Shown here: piece after piece, positions 16,059-23,131 of the stretch
How the letters are laid out: each line of letters opens with the position of its first letter
Position numbering within the stretch: the first letter of the stretch is position 1
From: an uncultured virus (IMG/VR IMGVR_UViG_3300035422_000155)
Lineage: Duplodnaviria; Heunggongvirae; Uroviricota; Caudoviricetes
Length of the DNA stretch: 34,007 nucleotides
Virus record (IMG/VR): IMGVR_UViG_3300035422_000155
Direction: 5' to 3' (one strand)
Translations under genes and position numbers: made by a program
The notes under the pieces: model-generated
Database searches by the model: none
The model's input: only the letters and a program-made list of their open reading frames with translations
Told to the model about the DNA's origin: nothing

Positions 16059-16902
16059 TACCAATCATCTTCAACATTATGCCTCTCCGTACTACGATCC
16101 GGTCAAAGCTCATGAGTATTATATGAAGAACCGGGAACTAAAGGAACGCCGTTCTGTCAGGAAATTATCCGATGAGGGCAAGAAAGTCTGGTCCTATACG
16201 AAAAACGAGATTAAGGCTGAGAAAAAGACCAAAGTAGAAGCTGAACAGGAAAAGAAAAAGCAGAAAACTGAGGAAGTCAGAAACAACGCAAAGGCAATGC
16301 GCGAAAGAATCTCGTCTCGTTTGAAGGAGCTGAATGAGGCTTTGTCACAAAGGGCTTCATCGAAGAAAAAGACCATTGATGAAAGGAAGAAATCCGATTT
16401 GGACGAGATTACGGCTGAAACCGAGAAAAAGAAACAGCGGGTGGAAGCGAAAAAAGAATCGGAAATCGAAAAACTCAAAAGTATTCCCATTCCAGACGGT
16501 CTTTCCAAAGAAGAAAAATCCAAACGGGTTGCGGAAAGGAATGAAAAAATTGCGAAGCTCCGTTCGGATGCCAAATCGGAAAAAGAGAAGTTGAGCAATC
16601 GATCTAATTCTGATAAGGAGAGTGTCAGAACTACGGCAACGAACAGGAAGCAGCGTGTTACGGAGGATACCAAGGCGGAAAGGGCGGATAATTCTTCAAA
16701 CGCTTCGGCAGAAAGGCAGCAGGTCAGCAATGACCTTAAAACTGCTGTCGCGGCAGCCAGGGAAGCTTATAAAGCGGCAAAAGAATCTATCGACTCGACG
16801 TATGAAGAAATCTATCAGCGGGAGTTTGACAGGATTGCTGCCGAAATGCCGAAGGTGTCTAAACGTAAGAAAAGCAGCAAAAAGTTTACCAAAAAGAAAT
16901 GA
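16048..16902 (+). CDS. Lys/Glu-rich coiled-coil protein with N-terminal 'LQHY...YDPVKAHEYY'; putative internal head protein
   Basis: Overlaps the portal stop; GGAGG RBS; highly charged helical composition. Confidence 0.7.
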   Translation: MTDNTNHLQHYASPYYDPVKAHEYYMKNRELKERRSVRKLSDEGKKVWSYTKNEIKAEKKTKVEAEQEKKKQKTEEVRNNAKAMRERISSRLKELNEALSQRASSKKKTIDERKKSDLDEITAETEKKKQRVEAKKESEIEKLKSIPIPDGLSKEEKSKRVAERNEKIAKLRSDAKSEKEKLSNRSNSDKESVRTTATNRKQRVTEDTKAERADNSSNASAERQQVSNDLKTAVAAAREAYKAAKESIDSTYEEIYQREFDRIAAEMPKVSKRKKSSKKFTKKK

Positions 16903-16917
16903 AGGAGGTAATTCAAA

Positions 16918-18804
16918 ATGGTAAAGTGCGATTTTAGTGGATGGGCCACTAGAAACGATCTGCGCTGTGCCGATGGACGGGTTATCCGAAAAGATGCTTT
17001 CAAAGGGCAGAACGGACAGACTGTCAGCCTTGTCTGGAACCATCAGCATAATTCGCAGGATAATGTGCTCGGCCACGCATTGCTCGAAAACAGGGACGAG
17101 GGTGTATATGCCTACTGTACTTTCAACGAAACAGAATCTGGCAAGACTGCCAGGGAGCTGGTGCAGCATGGTGACGTTGTTTCTCTGTCTATCTGGGCAA
17201 ATCAGTTGAAACAGACAGGACATGATGTTGTTCATGGCGTTATCCGTGAGCTTAGTCTTGTTCTTGCCGGCGCAAATCCCGGAGCATTCATCGATACAGT
17301 GATGAGCCACGGAATGGAAGCGGACGATGAGCTGATCATCAATTACGATGAGAACATCATGCTTCATCATTCTGCCGATGATCCGGAGAAAGAGGAGAAG
17401 GGAGACCCTAAGAAAGCTAAAAAGGAAGAGGAAAAGAAAGAAGAGAAGAAAGATCCTGATCCTAAAGCTGATGAGGACGAAACAGTTGCTGATGTATGGG
17501 ATACCATGACAGAAAAACAGCAGAATGCCGCATATGCAATGATCGCCGCGGCTTTAGAGGATAAAGAAAATCCGGACAATGATGATGACGAAAACAATAA
17601 AGGAGGTAACAAAGCTATGAAACATAACGTATTTGACAAGGGGGCTGTTCAGGAGAACACCTTCCTCAGCCATGCTGACCAGGTAGATATCATCAACCTT
17701 GCCAAGAGCAACAGCGTTGGTTCTCTGCGTACAGCACTCAACATTTATCTGGAACAGAACAGGGAGACTTTGGAGCACAGCGGTATGGACGTCGATGATG
17801 CCCTGGCTCATGGGATCGATGATATCGAGAAGCTGTTCCCTGAATTCAGGGATGTCCGTCCCGGCGCTCCCGAGAGGATTACCCGTGATCAGGGCTGGGT
17901 AACTTCGGTAATGAGCAAGGCTTACAAGACTCCGTTCAGCCGTATCCGTACCCGCCAGATGGACGCACGTTCCGATCAGCTTCGTGCAAGAGGCTATAAG
18001 AAAGGAACCAAGAAAGAGGAGCGCGGCAACATGACCCTGTACAACAGGACGACAGACCCGCAGACCGTTTTCGTTAAGGATAAGCTGAACCGCGATGATA
18101 TCATTGACATCACAGATTTCGATGTTGCTGCGTATATCTACCAGGATATGCGTGAGAAGCTGAATGAGGAGATTGCCATTGCGATCATGGTCGGTGACGG
18201 AAGAGTCCCCGGTGCTGAAGGCAAGATTGACGAAAGCCATATCCGTCCGATCTGGGGCGATGATGAGTTCTTCACGATGCATGTTGACGTTGACCTCAAG
18301 GGTGCTAAGACCGAGCTTCAGGGCACCAATACCGGCGCGAATTTCAGTGAGAACTACATCTATGCGGAAGCAATCATCCGTGCGGCTCTCTATTCCAGAG
18401 AGAAGTATAAGGGAACCGGTCAGCCCGATTTCTACTGCACGCCTCATCTGGTGAATATCATGCTGCTTGCCAGGGATATGAACGGTCGTCGTATTTATGA
18501 TACGGTTGCGGATCTGGCAAAGGCTTTGAATGTCGGCGAGATTCATACGGCTGAGCAGTTCGATGGTTTGACCAGGGAGACTTCCAATAATAAGACCAAG
18601 GAGCTTCTCGGAATGTTTGTCAACATGGCTGACTATACCATCGGCTCCACCAAGGGCGGCGAGATCACGAAGTTCAATCAGTTCGATATCGACTTCAACC
18701 AGGAGAAGTATCTGCTTGAGACAAGGCTGTCCGGCGCTTTGACGAGATACCGCTGTGCGATCGCTTTGGAGATGGATGTGACTGAGGCGGAAGTTGCCGG
18801 TTAA
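16918..18804 (+). CDS. Prohead protease - scaffold - major capsid protein fusion
   Basis: N-terminal HK97-type protease (FSGWA, LVWNH, LSI, ELSLV..GANPGA), acidic linker, C-terminal capsid domain (GDG...FDIDFNQEKYLLETRLSG). Confidence 0.9.
   Translation: MVKCDFSGWATRNDLRCADGRVIRKDAFKGQNGQTVSLVWNHQHNSQDNVLGHALLENRDEGVYAYCTFNETESGKTARELVQHGDVVSLSIWANQLKQTGHDVVHGVIRELSLVLAGANPGAFIDTVMSHGMEADDELIINYDENIMLHHSADDPEKEEKGDPKKAKKEEEKKEEKKDPDPKADEDETVADVWDTMTEKQQNAAYAMIAAALEDKENPDNDDDENNKGGNKAMKHNVFDKGAVQENTFLSHADQVDIINLAKSNSVGSLRTALNIYLEQNRETLEHSGMDVDDALAHGIDDIEKLFPEFRDVRPGAPERITRDQGWVTSVMSKAYKTPFSRIRTRQMDARSDQLRARGYKKGTKKEERGNMTLYNRTTDPQTVFVKDKLNRDDIIDITDFDVAAYIYQDMREKLNEEIAIAIMVGDGRVPGAEGKIDESHIRPIWGDDEFFTMHVDVDLKGAKTELQGTNTGANFSENYIYAEAIIRAALYSREKYKGTGQPDFYCTPHLVNIMLLARDMNGRRIYDTVADLAKALNVGEIHTAEQFDGLTRETSNNKTKELLGMFVNMADYTIGSTKGGEITKFNQFDIDFNQEKYLLETRLSGALTRYRCAIALEMDVTEAEVAG
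17617..18804 (+). CDS. In-frame internal start giving a 395-aa major capsid precursor
   Basis: AAAGGAGGT (17599-17607), then ATG 17617 (MKHNVFD) in the same frame as 16918. Confidence 0.65.
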   Translation: MKHNVFDKGAVQENTFLSHADQVDIINLAKSNSVGSLRTALNIYLEQNRETLEHSGMDVDDALAHGIDDIEKLFPEFRDVRPGAPERITRDQGWVTSVMSKAYKTPFSRIRTRQMDARSDQLRARGYKKGTKKEERGNMTLYNRTTDPQTVFVKDKLNRDDIIDITDFDVAAYIYQDMREKLNEEIAIAIMVGDGRVPGAEGKIDESHIRPIWGDDEFFTMHVDVDLKGAKTELQGTNTGANFSENYIYAEAIIRAALYSREKYKGTGQPDFYCTPHLVNIMLLARDMNGRRIYDTVADLAKALNVGEIHTAEQFDGLTRETSNNKTKELLGMFVNMADYTIGSTKGGEITKFNQFDIDFNQEKYLLETRLSGALTRYRCAIALEMDVTEAEVAG

Positions 18805-18835
18805 TCCACAGGCATTCAAAATGGTGTAAATTGAC

Positions 18836-18865
18836 GAACCTATTAGGTTCTTTTTTTTATGCCTG
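18836..18865 (+). terminator. Terminator-like hairpin, copy 2, after the capsid gene
   Basis: GAACCT-ATT-AGGTTC-T8-ATGCCTG. Confidence 0.65.
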
Positions 18866-18885
18866 AAAATCGGAGGAGATGAGAA

Positions 18886-19230
18886 ATGAAGTTTTACGGA
18901 CCGATTGGCTATGCTGAGACAGTTGAAACGAAGCCCGGCGTGTGGGAGGAACAGATTACGGAGCGTATGTATTACGGTGATCTTACTCGCAATACACGCC
19001 GGCTTCAAAGTTCCGAAACACTCAACGACGACATTAACGTTGCAAACGAAATCAGCATAGTCGCCGATCCGTTTGCTAATGAACATTTCTATTCGATGCG
19101 GTACGTTGGGTTTATGGGTGCTAAATGGAAGATTTCAAATGTCGAGGTGCAGTACCCAAGACTGATTTTAACCATAGGGGGTGTTTACAATGATGGACAG
19201 ACGGCTTCTGTTTCACGAGGTACTGTGTGA
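18886..19230 (+). CDS. Head-tail joining (head closure-like) protein
   Basis: Directly after the capsid gene; beta-rich 114 aa ending in YV...G.KWKI..VEV..PRLIL; GGAGG RBS. Confidence 0.65.
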   Translation: MKFYGPIGYAETVETKPGVWEEQITERMYYGDLTRNTRRLQSSETLNDDINVANEISIVADPFANEHFYSMRYVGFMGAKWKISNVEVQYPRLILTIGGVYNDGQTASVSRGTV

Positions 19231-19498
19231 AGTTCTTGGAAGCAGAAATGTTTACTTTCAGCCCCCGGAATCCGTTAAGATGTGTTACCCCGCTATTGTG
19301 TATGCCCGGAATGGAATCAAATCTACATATGCGAATAACGGGGTTTACTTATCTCAAATGGAATATTCAGTAACAGTAATAGACAAAGATCCGGATAGTC
19401 CTATCGTCGGCAAGGTAGCTTCGTTGCCTACCAGTAAATTTAACCGGCATTACGAAAAGGATAACCTGAATCACGATGTCTACACAATATTATTTTAG
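19190..19498 (+). CDS. Tail terminator-like protein
   Basis: VYFQPP.....YPAIVY motif; immediately precedes the major tail gene. Confidence 0.65.
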   Translation: MMDRRLLFHEVLCEVLGSRNVYFQPPESVKMCYPAIVYARNGIKSTYANNGVYLSQMEYSVTVIDKDPDSPIVGKVASLPTSKFNRHYEKDNLNHDVYTILF

Positions 19499-19511
19499 GA
19501 GGACAAAATCT

Positions 19512-20222
19512 ATGAAACTTGAATGGGATAAAACTGGCGAGCGCTTGTATGAAACAGGCGTGGATCATGGCGTTCTTTATCCGGTCCAGACCGGCGGAGT
19601 TTACACGAAGGGTGTTCCGTGGAATGGTCTGAGCGCAGTAACTGAGAGTCCGTCCGGTGCGGAGGCTTCCCCTGTTTATGCGGACAACATCAAGTACCTG
19701 AACCTCATGTCTGTTGAGGAGTTCGGCGCTACTGTTGAAGCATATACATACCCGCCTGAGTTTGCGGAATGTGACGGTTCTGTCGAGATTGTTCCTGGTA
19801 TGTTTGCCGGACAGCAGAGCAGAAAGATGTTCGGTATGGCATACAGAACCATTCTCGGCAACGATGTTGACAACAATGATTACGGCTATAAGCTGCATCT
19901 GATCTACGGTGCGCTGGCGGCTCCTTCCGAGAAAGGTTATTCCACTATCAATGATAGTCCGGAACCGATTTCCTTGTCCTGGGAGCTGACTACTACTCCG
20001 GTAGCGATCAATACCGTGATTGACGGCAAGAAGCTGAAACCTACGGCCTGCCTGACCTTTGATTCCACAAAGTTCGACAAGGCTTTCATGGAGAAGCTGG
20101 AGGATATTCTGTATGGAACGAATCCCACTACGGAAGATGCTGCCGATGGCACCGAAGCAAGACTTCCTCTTCCGGATGAAATCCTCAAGCTTTATCAGGA
20201 GTCTACCGCAGCAGCGGGCTAA
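19512..20222 (+). CDS. Major tail tube protein
   Basis: AGGAGG RBS then MKLEWD; YETGVDHGVLY, WNGL and YADNIKY motifs. Confidence 0.88.
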   Translation: MKLEWDKTGERLYETGVDHGVLYPVQTGGVYTKGVPWNGLSAVTESPSGAEASPVYADNIKYLNLMSVEEFGATVEAYTYPPEFAECDGSVEIVPGMFAGQQSRKMFGMAYRTILGNDVDNNDYGYKLHLIYGALAAPSEKGYSTINDSPEPISLSWELTTTPVAINTVIDGKKLKPTACLTFDSTKFDKAFMEKLEDILYGTNPTTEDAADGTEARLPLPDEILKLYQESTAAAG

Positions 20223-20247
20223 GTTTACAACTGCATAACGTGACCAG

Positions 20248-20295
20248 TAGGGAGTCGTACTCAGGGTGATGGGCTGGCGGCTCCCTATTTCATTT
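20248..20295 (+). terminator. Stem-loop after the major tail gene (terminator, attenuator or stabiliser)
   Basis: TAGGGAGTCGT...GCGGCTCCCTA followed by TTTCATTT. Confidence 0.55.
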
Positions 20296-20312
20296 GAAAG
20301 GAGAAAAAGAAC

Positions 20313-20729
20313 ATGTTAAAGAAAACAATACCCTATACAGATTACAATGGCGTGGAAAGAGTTGAGGATTTCTATTTCAATCTTTCCAAGGCAGAATCGA
20401 TGGAAATGGAGCTGAGTATTCCCGGCGGTCTTACCGGAATGATCCGGCAGATTGTGGCGGCACAGGATGTACCGACCATCATTGCGACTTTCAAACAGAT
20501 CATCCTCAAAGCTTATGGCGAGAAGAGTCCGGACGGCAGGCGGTTTATCAAGTCCGAGGAGCTTTCCAAGGCGTTTTCAGAGACCGAGGCATACTCCATT
20601 CTGTACATGGAGCTGGCTACGGATGCCAATGCGGCGGCTGAATTTGTGAACGGCATCGTACCGAAGGACACTGACGCTCCTGTGGCACAGCAGCCGGCAA
20701 AGCCGGTTCTTGCTCCGGTTACGAATTAG
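20313..20729 (+). CDS. Tail assembly chaperone
   Basis: Directly downstream of the major tail gene; 138 aa. Confidence 0.7.
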   Translation: MLKKTIPYTDYNGVERVEDFYFNLSKAESMEMELSIPGGLTGMIRQIVAAQDVPTIIATFKQIILKAYGEKSPDGRRFIKSEELSKAFSETEAYSILYMELATDANAAAEFVNGIVPKDTDAPVAQQPAKPVLAPVTN

Positions 20730-20750
20730 AAAACAACGGAGGGCTGAGGA

Positions 20751-21296
20751 ATGCTTCGTATTAACATACCGGCTGGCGAGGAGCAATGGGATGAGGTAAA
20801 TGAAATCTTCATCTATCCAAAAGGACAAACGTTACAGTTGGAGCATTCCCTCGTCTCTCTTTCAAAATGGGAATCCAAGTGGTGTAAACCGTTTCTATCA
20901 AAGAAAGAAAAAACCTTTGAGGAAAATCTGGACTACGTTAGGTGCATGACACTTACGCAAAACGTAGATCCAGAGGTTTACAGCTACTTGACGAGTTCTA
21001 ATATCGACGTGATCAATCAGTATATAGATGCTCCGATGACAGCCACTACTTTTAGAGAAGAAAAAACTGGCAAACCAAACAGGGAGCAGGTTACTGCTGA
21101 GATTATTTATTACTGGATGATTGCCTTGAATATACCATTTGAGTGCCAGAAGTGGCATCTCAACCGTTTATTGACTCTTATCAGGGTCTGCGACATTAAG
21201 AATTCGCCGCCTAAAAAGATGAGCAAGCGTGAAATCTTCAAACGTAATTCCGCTCTGAATGCGGCGAGGAAAAAACAATTAAACACCAGGGGGTGA
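20751..21296 (+). CDS. Second tail assembly chaperone-like protein
   Basis: Position; own GGAGG RBS; IYYWM...IPFEC..WHLNRL..LI resembles T-type chaperone C-termini. Confidence 0.55.
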   Translation: MLRINIPAGEEQWDEVNEIFIYPKGQTLQLEHSLVSLSKWESKWCKPFLSKKEKTFEENLDYVRCMTLTQNVDPEVYSYLTSSNIDVINQYIDAPMTATTFREEKTGKPNREQVTAEIIYYWMIALNIPFECQKWHLNRLLTLIRVCDIKNSPPKKMSKREIFKRNSALNAARKKQLNTRG

Positions 21297-21301
21297 CTGA
21301 A

Positions 21302-22741
21302 ATGCCTGAAAAGAAGAAAGGTATAGATATATCCGTCTGGCAGGGAAATATTGATGCCAGGCAGATCAAGAACAGTGGAATCGATTTTGCGATTATCCGT
21401 GAAGGTTATCGGCAGGCGGTTGATTCCAGGTTTTTCGACAACGTAAAGAAATGTAAAGAAGTGGGGCTTGCCGTCATGGGAGTTTACCACTTTTCTTATG
21501 CTCTGAATACCGAGCAGGCAAAGCAGGAGGCGCAGCAGACAGTTGCAAATCTTGAGAAAGCAGGTCTTAGCAAAGAGACCATTGTATTTTTTGATTTCGA
21601 GTATGACACGGTTACGAAAGCTGCGGCTGCCGGTGTGACACTCGGAAAAGCGGAATGCAATGCGCACACAAAGGCGTTCTGTGAAACGGTGGAGTCTCTT
21701 GGATATCGTGCAGGTGTCTATTTCAATATTGACTATTACCGTAACTGGTACGATCACGCACTTTTGGATCAGTATGTCAAATGGCTGGCTGACTGGACTG
21801 GTGAGGCTGATTATCCTTGTGATTTCCACCAGTATACAAGCAAGGGAAGTGTTCCCGGAATCAGCGGCAATGTTGATATGAACTACTATTTTGTTTCTGA
21901 AAGTAATGAGAATGTGGTGGAAGACGGAAATGCAAAACCAGAAGTTGCTGCTGGGGTGACGGCAGAACAGGTTCTGGACGTGGCACGCGGGTGGCTTGGA
22001 TTTTCAGAAGCAAACGGCAAATTCAAAGAGATTTTGGATCTTTACAATTCCCACAAGCCGCTTGCACGAGGATACGCTATCAAATACACGGATTCGTGGT
22101 GTGATGCATTTGTCTCTGCCTGTGCAATTAAGGCAGGAGCCGTTGACCTGATCGGAACAGAAGTCGGATGCGAGAAGCATGTTGAGATTTTCAAGGCAAT
22201 GGGCATTTGGAATGAAGACGGTTCCGTGAAACCGGAAGTTGGCGACGTTATTGTATTTAACTGGGACGATTCTACACAGCCCAATGACGGATATTCAGAT
22301 CACATCGGTTATGTGGAGCAGGTTTACGGTGATACTATCGTCTGCATCGAAGGTAACATGAACGACCAGGTTGGCCGGAGAACGATCAATGTTGGATGGG
22401 GTTATATTCGTGGATTTGCCCACCCGAGGTATGCGAAGGATAATTCCTCACAGATTGTTGGTACCGCAAAGAGTATTGACGAGCTTGCCAATGAAGTGCT
22501 TCAGGGAGCATGGGGCAATGGCGATGCAAGAAAAGCTGCTCTTGAGCAGGCCGGATACAACTACGGCGAAATTCAGAAACGGGTAAATGTCCTTGTTAAG
22601 ACAACTAAAGGCTCCATCGATGCGATTGCCAGGGAAGTGATCGCTGGTAAATGGGGAAATGGTCAGGACAGAAAGAACCGTCTGATTCAGGCAGGTTATG
22701 ATTATGCGGCTGTTCAGAAGCGGGTAAACGAGCTCGCATAA
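21302..22741 (+). CDS. Modular peptidoglycan hydrolase: GH25 muramidase + CHAP-like domain + 2 CW_7 repeats
   Basis: GIDISVWQG...GVYHF...DFE...QYTS.G.VPGISGNVDMN; WCDAFVS...DHIGYVE...IEGN; two A.EV..G.WGNG..RK..L..AGY.Y...QKRVN repeats. GTG 21293 is an alternative start. Confidence 0.9.
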   Translation: MPEKKKGIDISVWQGNIDARQIKNSGIDFAIIREGYRQAVDSRFFDNVKKCKEVGLAVMGVYHFSYALNTEQAKQEAQQTVANLEKAGLSKETIVFFDFEYDTVTKAAAAGVTLGKAECNAHTKAFCETVESLGYRAGVYFNIDYYRNWYDHALLDQYVKWLADWTGEADYPCDFHQYTSKGSVPGISGNVDMNYYFVSESNENVVEDGNAKPEVAAGVTAEQVLDVARGWLGFSEANGKFKEILDLYNSHKPLARGYAIKYTDSWCDAFVSACAIKAGAVDLIGTEVGCEKHVEIFKAMGIWNEDGSVKPEVGDVIVFNWDDSTQPNDGYSDHIGYVEQVYGDTIVCIEGNMNDQVGRRTINVGWGYIRGFAHPRYAKDNSSQIVGTAKSIDELANEVLQGAWGNGDARKAALEQAGYNYGEIQKRVNVLVKTTKGSIDAIAREVIAGKWGNGQDRKNRLIQAGYDYAAVQKRVNELA

Positions 22742-22753
22742 GGAGAGATTCAT

Positions 22754-23131
22754 ATGATAACGTTCAGACAAAAGGGCGACTTCTCCAAACTGACACGTTA
22801 TCTGGAGAAAGTCAAATCGGTCGTTAAGTTGAGCGACCTTGATAAGTATGGCAAAGAAGGAGTAGCTGCCCTTGCGTCTGCAACTCCGGTTGACACTGGT
22901 TTGACAGCCAGTTCATGGTCATATGAAATCAAACACAAAAACGGAACGGTGTCGATTTCGTTTAAAAATTCAAATATTCAAAATGGAGTTCCGATTGCGA
23001 TTATTTTGCAGTATGGACACGGAACCAGAAACGGCGGCTGGGTACAGGGGCGAGACTACATCAATCCTGCTATCCAGCCTATTTTTGACAAAATCGCAAA
23101 TGACGCATGGAGGGAGGTTACTAAGCTATGA
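22754..23131 (+). CDS. HK97 gp10-like tail completion protein
   Basis: TPVDTG.TA.SW...LQYGHGT......GRDYINPA. Confidence 0.75.
   Translation: MITFRQKGDFSKLTRYLEKVKSVVKLSDLDKYGKEGVAALASATPVDTGLTASSWSYEIKHKNGTVSISFKNSNIQNGVPIAIILQYGHGTRNGGWVQGRDYINPAIQPIFDKIANDAWREVTKL

Noticed and set aside
17554..19086. 510-aa minus-strand ORF, and other long antisense ORFs over nrdD, portal and tape measure genes
   Set aside because: These are shadows of biased codon usage in + strand genes; they have no recognisable motifs and overlap confident genes entirely.
20313..21296. Programmed frameshift or read-through joining the two tail chaperones
   Set aside because: The ORFs are in the same frame but separated by two stops (TAG 20727, TGA 20745). 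No slippery heptamer is evident and the second ORF has its own RBS.
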